Notes: generated from the sequence alone by a model not told the origin. Positions 12,571 through 26,879 are shown, counted from the first letter of the stretch. The stretch: 64,000 bases of DNA from Octopus sinensis (GCF_006345805.1 NC_043000.1:116622001-116686000), one strand, 5' to 3'. Made by a program: numbers and translations.

Positions 12571-13968
12571 AACGATTTACTTCTGTCATTTTCCTCTTTC
12601 CTCACAACAATTTATATTCTTGTATTGATGACATGCATTTCGATCAACGGAACAGAGTGTATTACCGGTAGCTATTTTTTGTATTACAAAACATTCTGCT
12701 CTTCAACGTTATCTAAGTTTTAGAATGGACAATCTTTCCTTATATACTGGATCAATATTTTATTTCTATTTTTCAATCATCCTTCTTCAATTATTTTGCT
12801 GAGAATATCCCGTGACAAAAGCTTAGACGACCTGTTTTTTTGTGTGTCTTTCTAATATATTTTCTCACAATTTCTGCACAACATGGCTATCGTTAAACTT
12901 AACGTTATTTTTCATTTTCATTTTCCATTTTGATGAATTATATACACAGCTAAATTATCTATCGCTTTACATCAAACATCCATTACTATAAAAATATGTT
13001 TTGGTAATATAATACTGTTGGTAATCAAATAAAATATCTACCTATCTATGATCAAATATCATAAATCTCCAGAGGGAACGTTAAGGCAGTTTTTGTATAT
13101 GATAAATAACCAACGGTTTTTCACGTTTGACATTTTTATTTTCCTACTTTAGTTTCACAATATTTTTCGTGTATGATGTGGCCGAATGCAAAAATGGAAA
13201 AAAATCATTAATTTATTTTTTTTTATTTGCATATTTCCCTTTACAAGAACTATATATTAGATCATGATCAACTTGTCCACAGAACATTTAACAGATATTT
13301 TAGCGATAAGGATATAGCGTGTTTGCTATTTGCTATTGTTTTCCAGGAATGAAGCCTATGCGAATGATCACACAAGATAAGTTACTTGCTCGTAAAATGG
13401 GGACGACGTGAATCACCTAAAATGAAATGTCCTTTCTAGAAACAAAAGGAAAATCATTGAGATGATATAATTAACTCATTACAAACAGCGATATTCATGT
13501 AACATCCATATTGAAAGAATGCTCGTGATGTGGTTACTAATACATATTACATTTATGTCTCGGCTGTGATGCTAAATAAATGCTGATTAGAATGTTTATA
13601 GACGTAGAGACGATGATTCCTTAATGAACAGAATGTAAAGCGACATCACTGCCGCCAAGCTGTATCGGCCCCTTTGCCTTTTCCTTGGATAACATCAGTG
13701 ATGTGGAGAGGAGAGGTTGGTATGCATGGGCGATTGCTGACCTTCTACAAACAACATTGCCCGGACTTGTGCCTAAAAGGGCAACTTTCTACGTGCAATC
13801 CCATTTTCATTCATGACCGAAGGGGGTCTCCTCAATGCTTAGCTATAATTGTATTTCTAACTAGAAGTAAAATGATAGAATAGATTATATTCATTTGGTA
13901 GATTGGCACGAGGAAATAATTTTGGTGTTGGGTGATACCGAGATAGAATCGATCCTGGGCTAACGACG

Positions 13969-14044
13969 TCTCTTTTGCCGAACCGCTAAGTTACGGGGAC
14001 GTAAACACACAAGCATCGGTTGTCAAGCGATGTTCGGGGGACAG

Positions 14045-14091
<47 letters not shown>

Positions 14092-14257
14092 TACGACGGG
14101 CTTCTTTCAGTTTCCGTCTACCAAATCCACTCACAAGGCTTTGGTCGGCCCGAGGCTATAGTAGAAGACACTTGCCCAAGATGCTACGCAGTGGGACTGA
14201 ATCATAAACCATGTGGTTGGTAAGCAAGCTACTTACCACACAACCACTCCTACGCCT
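13969..14257 (-). mobile_element. SINE family A copy (3'-truncated) with internal (TA)n
   Basis: Matches SINE A reverse complement. Confidence 0.85.
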
Positions 14258-14664
14258 ATATTGTGCTGATATTTATGCAATAATATTCAGCTGCTGTGTG
14301 GCCTCCACGACACACTGCCGCTTATGTACTTAAAAGCAGATGAAAACATAAGGCAATACATTTTATTGAAAAACTTCCGTATGCCTTTCCTCTGTCTCTA
14401 AGCATATCATAATTTCTGAAAAAATGATGAATAATATTAATAAAAATATAATAGACATTAACGAGCAAGCAAGCGCGCACACACACATATACAACCAATA
14501 AGATACCCACAATCACACACCATGCATCTCATCTCCACACAAAAGCACATATTCGTCAGCATCCCAACACACACATACACCTACAACATATATAATATGT
14601 ATACACACACAAATACGTGCGTACATACATAAATAATATATACATACATATTTGATTAAATAAT

Positions 14665-14890
14665 ATTTCTTTACTACCCTCAAGGGGCTAAACACAGAGG
14701 GGACAAACAAGGACAGACAAACGGATTAAGTCGATTACATCAACCCCATTGTGTAACTGGTACTTAATTTATCGACCCCGAAAGGATGAAAGGCAGAGTC
14801 GACCTCGGCTGAATTTGAACTCAGAATGTAACGGCAGACGAAATACGGCTACGCATTTCGCCCGGTGTGCTAACGTTTCTGCCAGCTCGC
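14665..14890 (-). mobile_element. SINE family B copy
   Basis: Full-length match to the family. Confidence 0.85.
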
Positions 14891-15079
14891 ATTAAATATG
14901 TCGCCCATTTAACGCTTCTTTAAATTATAGAATTAAATATCACAGTATTATAGAAATTTGATCTTTATTTTCCTTCACAATTAATTCTTCAGTATCCTAT
15001 CACCATAATCGTAGTCAACACAAGGGTGTATAGAACAAAACTCCAATCAGTTCTGATTAGAAACTACAATGCATTAAAA

Positions 15080-15121
<42 letters not shown>

Positions 15122-15664
15122 TAATATATATACATACATACATACATACATACATACATACATACAGTGTGTGTGTGTGTGTGTGTGTGTACATCTATGT
15201 AAGTATGTCTGTGTTTAATTTGGTTATGTGGCTGTAATTCTTTAATCACCAAATCGCCATTCGTTTTCTATATCCGGCTTTTGTGCATCAAACTATCTTC
15301 GTACATCACTAATACCAGAAGCCAATTATTTTTAGCGTCACATGGCGAAATTAATAGGCGAGAATTATCATTACCAACCAAGGTCAATTTAAGTTCACAT
15401 TCTCTTCTTTCATTCATCAGAGTTGGTCAGTGGCATATATATATATATATATATATAATCTATTTAAAAAATATTGGGGTTTATATTTCTACAACTATTT
15501 GACGGTTTGATGCTTACAATTGTAGACAGTCTATGTTACTCAAGTTTCTCCTTTTAGAACGCTTTGAATATTGCCCTTCATTAGTAAAGTATGATTTTCG
15601 CTTTCAACTGGTTCCGCTATAACTAATATTGCGGCAGATGCTTGTTTGTTTGTTGAGCGAAGCG

Positions 15665-16007
15665 GTCTTCGTCCCATTAGTGGGAGAAGTCCGAAACGTG
15701 GTCCTATACTATTCGTAAGACCCGCAGAAGAGAAAGCAGGTCAACCCCCTACACCGACAGCATCGACGGATGGATGAATGCGCATCCAGGCTCAGCGGTT
15801 GCGTAGGAAGTCGGGGACAAGAAAGAGGAAGAAAGAGTGAGAGAAAGTTGGAGCGAAAGAGTACAACAGGGGTCACCACCCCACCACCCTGCCGGAGCCT
15901 CGTGGAGCTTTAGGAGTTTTCGCTCAATAAATACACACAACGCCCGGTCTGGGTATCGAAACCGCGATCCTCCGACTACGAGTCCGCTGCCCTGACCAAT
16001 GGGCCTC
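15665..16007 (-). mobile_element. SINE family D copy (tRNA head, tail type 1)
   Basis: Reverse complement of 37315-37625, including the GGGTCTTACGAATAG..GGACCACGTTTCGGACTTC tail. Confidence 0.8.
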
Positions 16008-16664
16008 CACTGCTGCTGCTGCTCTTGATGATGATGAGGAGGAGGCGGAGGGGGTAGGAGAGAAAAAGGAGGAGCCGCATAAATATGGTTATGGTGACGA
16101 TGATAAATATGTCTTCCGTGCATTTTCGCCTTTTTAGCAATGGAGCTACATATTGAGTTCAATTCAAGTTCATGCGTTAAGTAGCTATAAGTGACTCATA
16201 CAATCTACCAGATCCTTATGTCACAAAGAGCAATTATGAATGGCATTTAATGCAGCTCTCACCTTTGCCTTGACTTCAAAATCCTCTTGAAATCGCTTCG
16301 TCTCAATGTAGATGAAACAATGAACTCTCTAAGCATTGAAAATTCTCATCGATAGATTTTGAAATGGAATTCCTTAAAAACACTGTGTACATTGGAATTT
16401 CATCGATTGATTCTTTATTGTAAGTCGCTATCTATACAATAAATAATTCAGTTGCATCGTAATAATATTCGCTTCCGTGTTTGTATCAATACGGCTGTCA
16501 TGTGCATATACAAAAGGCCGCATAATTTGTAGAAAATTTCTTCAAATTTATATCCAGCTCAAGAAATTTCTTACGGATATTTCTTTTTTCCTTGTGACCG
16601 TTTTCACTACTGCGAACGTATGAATACTGATTAATAAATTATACCTATATAGATTATGTGTGGA

Positions 16665-16907
16665 GGCGCGTGACTTAGTGGTTAAGGTGTCAGCACCATG
16701 ATCGTAAGATTGTGGTTTCGATTCCTGGACCGGGCGACGCGTTGTGTTCTTGAGCAAAACACTTCATTTCTCGTTGCTCCAGTCCACTCAGCTGGCAAAA
16801 ATGAGTAACGCTGAGATGGACTGGCGTCCCGTCCAGCTGGGGAATATATACGCCATGGAAACTGGGAAACCGAGCCCATGAGCCTGGCTAGGCTTTAAAA
16901 GGGCGTA
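16665..16907 (+). mobile_element. SINE with family C head and tail type 2
   Basis: tRNA-like head TGACTTAGTGG / GGTTTCGATTCC, then CTCCAGTCCACTCAGCTGGCAAAAATGAG, then tail GCGTCCCGTCCAGCTGGGG..GAGCCTGGCTAGGCTTTAAAAGGGCG. Confidence 0.8.
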
Positions 16908-16919
16908 TTTATCTGTGGA

Positions 16920-17215
16920 GGCGCAATGGCCCTGTGGTTAGGGCAGCGGACTCGCGGTCGGAGGATCACGGTTTCGATTTCTAGACCGGGCGTTGTGTGT
17001 GTTTATTGAGCAAAAACAACTAAAAGCTCCACGAGGCTCCGACAGGGGATGGTGGCGACCCCTGTTGCACTCTTCTTCCCCAACTTTCTCTCAGTCTTTC
17101 TTCCACTTTCTTGGGTAACGCTGCGATGGACTAGCGTCCCATCCAGCTGGGGGGGGTGCACATACGCCACAGAAACTTGGGCTCTTGAGCCTGGCTAGTC
17201 TTTAAAAGGGCGCAT
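16920..17215 (+). mobile_element. SINE with family D head and tail type 2
   Basis: GGCGCAATGGCCCTGTGG head; same tail as 16665. Confidence 0.8.
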
Positions 17216-17229
17216 AAAAGATATAGATT

Positions 17230-17730
17230 ATGCGATTGTATGATCCATTTTCTGGAGCATCATAGAGCTCCTGGTTAAAGTATGCTGTTGAATGAATTTT
17301 TGTGTCTCAGTCCAATGATTCGGATTTCGAAAGAATACGATCGCGACTATAAGTGGCCAAATGGAGTTCCTCAAGAGGGTCTCTGTAGTAATGTTACTGG
17401 ATAATGTTCGTATGTTGAAAATCAGGGTCTTGTGCACGGCAGCCGCTACTTCCCAGCGTTGAAAGGGCACAGTCCTACTACGAAAGACAAATGATGGATT
17501 CTTGGAGAAGGATGCCTAGGGGAAACCAAGAAGGTGATGGCTGTAAAATATGTATCGTGTCAGTTGGTTAGGCTGGGCAAACCATCTGGAAAGTGTGGTT
17601 TCAGTTACTTCTGATAGGACCCAATGAAGAAAATGCCTGTGGACTCTGCACCCACGACCCCCGCCCCAGGAAGAGAGGTTTCAGGAGACTGATGTATAGA
17701 TGGAATGTAGCAACTTCCTCTAATATTGCC
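17230..17730 (-). mobile_element. Possible RTE-like LINE 5' UTR and start of the APE domain
   Basis: Minus strand KTLIFNIRTLS... resembles the xxTxNVRTL endonuclease start; GC-rich upstream leader. Confidence 0.4.
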
Positions 17731-18240
17731 GTTAACGCTTCACAAATGTGAAAAGGAAACATTGTTTCCAGGAAGTGAATGGTCTCCTAATATTCCGAAG
17801 GATCAAAGAGACGCCGACAAAAGGTAAAATCAAATCGTAGTGCATTCTTGGATATTTTATTCTCATTTCGAACTTAGCCATGTGTAGTTTGGCACATAGC
17901 AAATAATACCTTCCTGGTTCCGATTCTGGTAATTTACTTAGTCCTGAACCATGGCGATTTTGGATGTACAGAGCTTCATACGTCTTGACGAATGCAGAAT
18001 CAAAAAAAAAAAACAACGTAAAATCTATTGTTCATGTATCGATTGATTATCGATGAGTAGATCAATTGACTTTGAATATTTCCTCGCTGGACATGCAATA
18101 CAACTGGTTATATATTAATATATCTACATAATACATATATACATACTATTTATGCACACAGATAAATATATCTACACCTATATATATCTACTTACGTACA
18201 TGTATATGAGCATGTGACTATGTATGTGCGTATGTATACG

Positions 18241-18279
<39 letters not shown>

Positions 18280-18285
<6 letters not shown>

Positions 18286-18747
18286 GTATGTGTGTGTGTG
18301 CGTGTGTGTGTGTGTATTATCATGGAAGCTCATGCATGATTCTCTGCTTACTGAAGAATGTGTGATGAATGTGCAATGGTCCTTATACTACAGGATATGA
18401 ATGAAGCGTTCCGGTACCATGTTGTTGTCAACTGTGACCTACTGTGTAAACAACGATTTAAAACTTTCCAAAATGGCCATCAGATCAACTCGACCACGTT
18501 GAATTCTTCTTAGGTTTAGCTAGAAACCGGAGGTAAAAACAACAGTGACTTACTGAGGAACTGAAAGAATATCACCAACTGCATACTCCATTAGACAGAG
18601 TTACAAAGATTCTCCCTCATGGATACATACATAGGGCAAACATGTTACTGTTTCAACACATGTAGTTAATGACACTGACATCAAGACGTATGCATATTAT
18701 ATATATATATAGATATATAGATAGATAGATATGTTTACAAATATATA

Positions 18748-18796
<49 letters not shown>

Positions 18797-18906
18797 ATAT
18801 ATGATATATATGCATACGCCTGTTGGACATTTACATGTGAACATCTATATGCATTTGTATGTGTGATTATACATGTACATAAACATACGCAGGGACACAC
18901 ATATAT

Positions 18907-18951
<45 letters not shown>

Positions 18952-19419
18952 GTATGTGTGTGTGTGTGTGTGGTGTGTGTGTGTGTATTATCATGGAAGC
19001 TCATGCATGATTCTCTGCTTACTGAAGAATGTGTGATGAATGTGCAATGGTCCTTATACTACAGGATATGAATGAAGCGTTCCGGTACCATGTTGTTGTC
19101 AACTGTGACCTACTGTGTAAACAACGATTTAAAACTTTCCAAAATGGCCATCAGATCAACTCGACCACGTTGAATTCTTCTTAGGATTTAGCTAGAAACC
19201 GGAGGTAAAAACAACAGTGACTTACTGAGGAACTGAAAGAATATCACCAACTGCATACTCCATTAGACAGAGTTACAAAGATTCTCCCTCATGGATACAT
19301 ACATAGGGCAAACATGTTACTGTTTCAACACATGTAGTTAATGACACTGACATCAAGACGTATGCATATTATATATATATATAGATATATAGATAGATAG
19401 ATATGTTTACAAATATATA

Positions 19420-19468
<49 letters not shown>

Positions 19469-19578
19469 ATATATGATATATATGCATACGCCTGTTGGAC
19501 ATTTACATGTGAACATCTATATGCATTTGTATGTGTGATTATACATGTACATAAACATACGCAGGGACACACATATAT

Positions 19579-19661
<83 letters not shown>

Positions 19662-20092
19662 TATCATGGAAGCTCATGCATGATTCTCTGCTTACTGAAG
19701 AATGTGTGATGAATGTGCAATGGTCCTTATACTACAGGATATGAATGAAGCGTTCCGGTACCATGTTGTTGTCAACTGTGACCTACTGTGTAAACAACGA
19801 TTTAAAACTTTCCAAAATGGCCATCAGATCAACTCGACCACGTTGAATTCTTCTTAGGATTTAGCTAGAAACCGGAGGTAAAAACAACAGTGACTTACTG
19901 AGGAACTGAAAGAATATCACCAACTGCATACTCCATTAGACAGAGTTACAAAGATTCTCCCTCATGGATACATACATAGGGCAAACATGTTACTGTTTCA
20001 ACACATGTAGTTAATGACACTGACATCAAGACGTATGCATATTATATATATATATAGATATATAGATAGATAGATATGTTTACAAATATATA

Positions 20093-20137
<45 letters not shown>

Positions 20138-20235
20138 ATATATGATATATATGCATACGCCTGTTGGACATTTACATGTGAACATCTATATGCATTTGTA
20201 TGTGTGATTATACATGTACATAAACATACGCAGGG

Positions 20236-20275
<40 letters not shown>
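18280..20275. repeat. Tandem triplication of a ~672-bp unit
   Basis: Anchor TATTATCATGGAAGCTC recurs at ~18315, ~18986 and ~19659; identical ORFs at 18653 and 19325; junctions lie in (TA)n(TG)n. Confidence 0.95.
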
Positions 20276-20971
20276 GTGTGTGTGAGAGAGAGAGAGAGTG
20301 AGTGTGCATGTGTGTGTGTATAAAGGTCTACTTGCATGCACACACACTCACACACACACATATATAATTATGCGCGCCTCTCTATATATTAGATTTACCT
20401 TTCCTCTCTACCAAAATCAATTTGCAAGGCAATATGTTTTCTTCCAGAGATATAACCAATTTCTCATATGCGAAACTCCCTTGATGTTCCATATATTAAC
20501 ATTTGTAACCGCCATTATATTGCACAAGAAATTCTAACGCTATCAAGATAACTATAAACCCTTGAAACGCACCACACTTCTTATATTGAAAGACCAAACA
20601 TATAAATAATAGTAGTCATAATCGTATATATTAGTATTTTATTCGTATGTATGTTTTCTTAATGGGATTAGAGTTTCTTTTGGGACTCTCAACGTTATCA
20701 TTAAAATGAACACGTCTATTTTCGCTGTTATTATTTTTGTATTGGATACGAAGGCATTGCATAAATATATACTACAGTAATATACATGTTATATTTGTTT
20801 ATTTTTGTGCTTTCAGAATCAGGAAAAAAGTACCACTGATGACATAATATCCCTTATTTCCTGCGCCATTGTTGAATTAGTGATATTAGATATATACATG
20901 CATATCTATGAATATGTATCAGTAGATGCATATATATGCTTATGTATATATATAACCACACATATATAAAT

Positions 20972-21005
<34 letters not shown>

Positions 21006-21029
21006 GCAGTTATATAATTGTTTGTTCCT

Positions 21030-21300
21030 ACTAGAGCCATGCCTGGCTCATAAGGTCCGGTTTCTCGGTTTCATTGGCAGATAGGTTCCCCACCTGGACA
21101 GGACGCCGGTCCGTCGCAGGTGAGCTGCAAGACGCAGGAGGAAAGCGTGAGAGAAAGCTGTGGCGAAAGAGTCAGCAGAAGTTCGCCATTACCTTCTACC
21201 GGAGCCGCCTGGAGCTTAGGTGCTTGGCTCATAAACACATTCGAACCCGCGATCCCTCGACCGCGAGTCCGCTGTTTTAACCACTAGGACATGTGCCTCA
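21030..21300 (-). mobile_element. SINE family D variant (subfamily E) with tail type 2
   Basis: Matches 51020-51272. Confidence 0.8.
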
Positions 21301-21958
21301 ACAGTTATATAATTACATATATCTATAAAAATTAGAATAAAGATATTTACACACACTGAAATGCGTGTGCGGTCGTATATAGATTTTCTATATGTATCAT
21401 GGAAACACATTCATACAGTTTAGGAAAAAGTAGAACATAGATTAATGAAAAATTCCAGACGTATCACAGGGTATTTTGGGAGATATTTTCAGCATCCTAA
21501 TCCACATGATGATTATATATGTAAATGGATATAAATATACCTTAATAAAGTTACCTTTTAGAGTTTTCTTGCTACTTGTTGTAGAGCTGTATCAAACGAA
21601 TACCAAGAGATAATTTAGTCTTTAATGTGTATCAGAAGAAAGCTAATAGACAATTTCGCTCAGCCATCTGTATCTTTAGGCAATAAGGTACAAAGATATT
21701 AATCTTTCGGTTGAACGACTGATGGAAAATTGACAAATATCAAACCTGAAAATATACTGAAAGGCCGTTTTGTCTAAACGCAGAATATTTCTTCAAAGAT
21801 CCATTCAACATTTATAGTACCTGCCTTTTAATTATATTAATATACGCAACTTTAGTATAATTTGCAATAGTTTGAATGTGTTTTTTGGTTTATTGGTAGA
21901 GGATGTATGGAAGGATATCATATTTGTGTATATATGTATATGAATGTATGTGCATATG

Positions 21959-21998
<40 letters not shown>

Positions 21999-22419
21999 CA
22001 CACACATATCTATCTATTTGTCTATCTATCGATACATATATATATTGGTTAGAGACAAGTGTTCTCTATATAGAATACAGTTCAACTTGCTCATTATTAC
22101 ATCTACTGGTGTATTTATATATCATTCAACGACTACCGTAGTTGAATAATATCCCTAAGGCCGCAATTTACTCACACTCTCAGCATCTTTCAGACTTTGT
22201 CGCTAATTCAGTTCTTAACCAAATTGAAAAATGTTAACGTTTTTGAAGAGGGCTGGTCTCTAGCTATATTTTGGCGTAGGAAATTGAGATTTGGTCTATT
22301 AGAAAAAAGTTTACATAAACATTTGTAGCACCATTATAGGAGAGTAAGTAACGCCTCCAATTAAGTTTACATCTAAATAACGTTTTTTTTTTATTTTAAA
22401 AGCAAAATATATTTAATTG

Positions 22420-23462
22420 AATCGTTAGCATGCTGGGCGAAATGTTTAGCAGTACTTCGTCTGTCTTTACGTTCTAAGTTCAAATTCTGCAGAGGTCGAC
22501 TTTGCCTTTCATCCTTTCGAGATCGATAAATTAAATGCCAGTTGCGTACTGGAGTTGATCTAATTGAGTGGCCCCCTCCTTTCCCAAAATTTCGGGCTTG
22601 TGCCTAGAGTAGAAAAGAATATTATTTTGTGTATGATGGTTGACGAATCATGTTTAGAGATCTTAAACACGTAAGCGTTAACTTGAAAAGGAATTTCTTT
22701 AAGTGTCTATGGGATGTTTCATACAGAAAAACGTCTTTCTTTATAGCATGCATTTTAGAAATCATTTTATCAAAAAACGAACTTTATGAAAGATAATCGG
22801 AAACTTCAAAAATGATTGAACGATGAAGCGTTAGAAATTAAGATATCATATTGTAAAACTTAATGCTTCTAAAATGGAATAAGTAAACAGGAATGGTTTA
22901 TGAATTCTGCACAATACCTGCAATTTTAAGGCCGAGGAAAACTGATTGCAACGACCCCAATGCACAACTGGTTCTGAAAGGAAGAAAGGCAAAGCCGACA
23001 CCAGCTAAATTTGAACTCAGAACGTAAAGTGCCGGAAGAAATTCCGCCTGGCACTTTGTCTGCTGTACTAACGATTCTGCCCACTCAGTACCTGAATGAA
23101 TAAGAATTACAACGATCGATCTGTTTCTGGTAAAAGAAGGGAATTTTTTTAAAATGTCATTTACATGTAACAATGTTCCTTCGGATGTTGGTAGCTGGGC
23201 TAAAGCTATGGAAATTTCGAACTAAATCGTAAGAAAGTGTTTGAAATATATTCTTTTTTACTCTAGGCACAAGGTCCGAAATTTTTGGAGATGGGGCCAG
23301 TCGATTAAAACGACCTCAGTACGCAACTGGTGCTTAGCTTATCGCCCCCGACAGGACGAAAGGCAAAGTCGACCTCGGCGGAATTTGAACTCAGAACATA
23401 AAGACAGGCGAAATATCGCTAAGCATTTCGCCCGGCGTGTTTAACGTTTCTGCCATCTCGCA
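22420..23462. mobile_element. Cluster of three SINE B copies (22420-22620 +, 22925-23085 -, 23255-23462 -)
   Basis: Family B motifs in each copy. Confidence 0.75.
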
Positions 23463-23493
23463 GAAATATATTGAAGTATTGTAGGCACTGTGA

Positions 23494-24000
23494 AGGTTCA
23501 TGGCTTAGTGGTTAGGGCATTCGGCTCATGATCGTAAGGTTGTGAGTTCGATTCCCGGCGACGCGTTGTGTCCTTGAGCAAGACACTTTATTTCACGTTG
23601 CTCCAGTCCACTCAGCTGGCAAAAATGAGTTGTACTTGTATTTCAAAGGGTCAGCCTTGTCACTCTCTGTGTCACGCTGATTATCCCCGAGAACTACGTT
23701 AAGGGTACACGTGTCTGTGGAATGCTCAGCCATTTGCACGTTAATTTCACGAGCAAGCTGTTCCGTTGATCGTATCAGCTGGGACCCTCGTCGTCGTAAC
23801 CGGCGGAGTCTTTAAAAGTGGTTATGCAGTTGGAATCATGATCGCAAGATTGTAGTTTCAATTTCTGGCCTGGGCGATGCGTTGTGTTCTTAAGCAAAAC
23901 ACTGCATTTTACATTGCACTAGTTCACTCACCTGGTAAATTTGAGTAACGCTGCAACGGACGGACATTCCGTCCAGGGAGGAATTTATATACCCCAGACG
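23494..24000 (+). mobile_element. SINE C full copy (23494-23812) followed by a degenerate C-head/tail-2 copy
   Basis: TGGCTTAGTGG A box, GTTCGATTCC B box, GTGTCCTTGAGCAAGACACTT; similar to 44100-44352. Confidence 0.8.
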
Positions 24001-24660
24001 AACCAGTTATATGAAGCATAGATACTATGTTGAACCAATTATTAATGTTGATGAAATGAGAAATTGAAAAAAAACAATCTATAAATATTGTACTTTATAG
24101 CCAGTATTAAAAAGTTAATTTTGAACGGTTTTTGAAGTTTGTGCATGTGATTTGAATTTAGTTTTCCTAAGTTAAAGAAACCACTTCATTCAAAAATGCT
24201 CGAATGGCTTTTGAAATCTGTGAATATAAAATTGCTCATGAATTTGAAAAGTCAGTCATATGTGAAGGTTCAGAAAATAATGAAAAGTGGACAACTCATT
24301 GAAAAAACTCTTAGTTTGATCTGAAAGCCTTTTTATGTTATCACACGAACTATCAATCGCATTGCGAGATCCTAGTAAAATGGTGCTTAAATCATTTAGA
24401 TGCTAAAGGAAATCTAGATAAAAGGACAAATTAATCCATAAATGGTATTAACACCATGTAATTACTGATGAGAAAATATTAATTCGCCGCAGAAAAGGAC
24501 GAATTTATGCAAACACGCAATAAATTAGCTAAAAAAGATTCGCGACTATGACAACAAACATATATAGAGCTGCTACAAACGAATTTTATTTTGGTCAGAA
24601 AATTTTCTCAAGCCACGCACAGCTATAAATTAACTACCGTGGTTACAATATTAACCACAT

Positions 24661-25700
24661 TGGCGGCGAGCTGGCAGGAACGTTAGCATGTCGGGCGAAA
24701 TGCTTAGTTCAAATTCCGTCGAGGTTGACTCTGCCTTTCATCCTTTCGGGATCGATAAATTAAGTACCAGTTACGCACTGGGGTCGATGTAATCGACTTA
24801 ATCCCTTTGTCCGTCCTTGTTTGTTCCCTCTATATTTAGTCTCTTGTGGGCAATAAAGAAATAAGGAACGTTAGCACGCCGGGCGAAATGCTTAGCGGTA
24901 TTTCGTCTGTCGCTATGTTCTGAGTTCAAATTCCGCCGAGGTCGACTTTGCCTTTCATCCTTTCGGAGTCGATTAGATAAGTACCAGTTACGTACTGGGG
25001 TCGATATAATCGACTTAACCCGTTTGTCTGTCCTTATTTGTCCTCTCTGTGTTTAGCCCCTTGTGGGTAGTAAGGAAATAAGTATTTCGTCTGTCTCTAC
25101 GTTCTGAGTTCAAATTTCGCCGAGGTCGACTTTACCTTTCATCCTTCGGAGTCGATTAGATAAGTACCAGTTACGTACTGGGGTCGATATAATCGACTTA
25201 ACCCGTTTGTCTGTCCTTATTTGTCCTCTCTGTGTTAGCCCCTTGTGGGTAGTAAGGAAATAAGTATTTCGTCTGTCTCTACGTTCTGAGTTCAAATTTC
25301 GCCGAGGTCGACTTTACCTTTCATCCTTTCGGGGTCGATAAATTAAGTATCAGTTGCATACTGGGATCAGTCTAATCGACTGCCCCCTCCCCCAAACGTT
25401 CAGGCCTTGTAATTAGAGTAGAAAAGAATATTAACCACATTTTCAGAATCCCATAAGGCTAGGTTTCACACCTTAATAGTCACTATACAGAAGTAAGGCG
25501 GTGAGCTGGTAGAGACGTTAGCACGCTGCACGAAATGCTTTCGCCCGTCGTTGCTTTCTGTGTTCAAATTCCGCCGAGGTCGACTTTGCTTTTCATCTTT
25601 TCGATGGTCAATAAAATAAGTACCAGTTGAACACTGGAGTCGATGTAATCGACTCATCTCCAGCTTCCCCAAGCTGCCCTTGTGACAAAAGTTTGAAGTG
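24661..25700 (+). mobile_element. Head-to-tail array of SINE B copies
   Basis: Five partly truncated copies; a ~182-bp internal unit is duplicated with shared private variants. Confidence 0.85.
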
Positions 25701-26842
25701 ATAACAACTATACAGACAATACATATTCTGGAAACAAATTTACGAAACCTGTTTCGTTATCAGTTGTATCTCTATCTGTAGTGCGTATTATCAATTCTCA
25801 GAGAAAATAGCTTTGGAAAATCACTTCATCGATTAGGCAATTTGTGTATAATCTCTTACGTATTTCAAACTTGGTGTTAAGCTTAGTTAACGTTTACCAA
25901 ATTAATCAGTTCTCCGCGTGTACAGACAACAGATCAAGAAAAAAGAAATTGCCATCAACTAATATTTTGTGTTAGCTGCTTTGATATGTTTAATAGTCTG
26001 TCTTTCATTGAGTTTCTATAAACGTCCAAATCAATAAAGCACCGAATAATGCTTAAAATTTTGTAGAAACTATAAAAGCTGCAAAGCTGCTCACTTTGAG
26101 CTATGATTCTTTAATACATTCCAACATCACTGCGGTGTTTTTCGATGTTGAGCAGTATTGGTGGATAAGTCAAATGATTCACTCTCAAATGTTCTGTTCA
26201 ACATTTTCAAAAGATGTTCCAAAGGTATCACAGAAAGAAATGTAGCAAATAAAGAAAGAAACGAATATAGAATCTAAAAAAAAGACAAAAAAAAACCGGT
26301 GCTTTATATATTTTGTGTTACTGAATTCTACAACTTGTTTGCCTTGCTTTGTCTGCCTACGCTCTCGTTCTGTTTCGCCATGTACACAGAAGTGTTCCAT
26401 TGTTCCGAAACATATGATATCTTGCCCGGAGTGTTTGGGTTCAACATCATAAAGTTTGGAAACAATAGGAACAAGAAAACCTTTCTGATAAATCCAACAA
26501 TAACTTCAAAGAACAAATGCCTTTTGCTTCCCAATGAAATTTTAGCCATCATTTCTTCATAAAGAAAACATTGTGGAAAGATATATATACGACCAAAACG
26601 CCATAGGCCTCTCCTTTGAGAAACACTGATTTAACCTAAATTTGAGACACCGTGCATTTTTCTCGCGTACGCGTAGTATCGATCGCAACAGGTGATGTAC
26701 TTGCGCGTAAAAATGCACGTTCTCACGGCTTTATCCATCGCATTCTCACCTGCAATCGGATGGAAGATGCCCGAGATTCTAGAAGACACACACACACATG
26801 TATATGCGTGTATGCTGTGCACGTGTATATGTATATACATGC

Positions 26843-26875
<33 letters not shown>

Positions 26876-26879
<4 letters not shown>

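Noticed and set aside
17620-17730. Possible HDV-like ribozyme at the putative RTE 5' end (minus strand)
   Set aside because: Some pairings (AGGAAG/CUUCCU, CC/GG) are present, but I could not build a consistent P1-P2-P3-J4/2 nested pseudoknot by eye; needs an RNArobo/Infernal search.
18394-18513. Possible exon inside the triplicated unit (CTACAG acceptor, DMNEAFRYHVVVNC...)
   Set aside because: All three frames hit stops before a credible donor; no recognisable homology.
24661-25432. Regularly spaced repeats resembling a CRISPR array
   Set aside because: Units are ~180-230-bp SINE copies with non-unique spacers in eukaryotic DNA; no cas genes.
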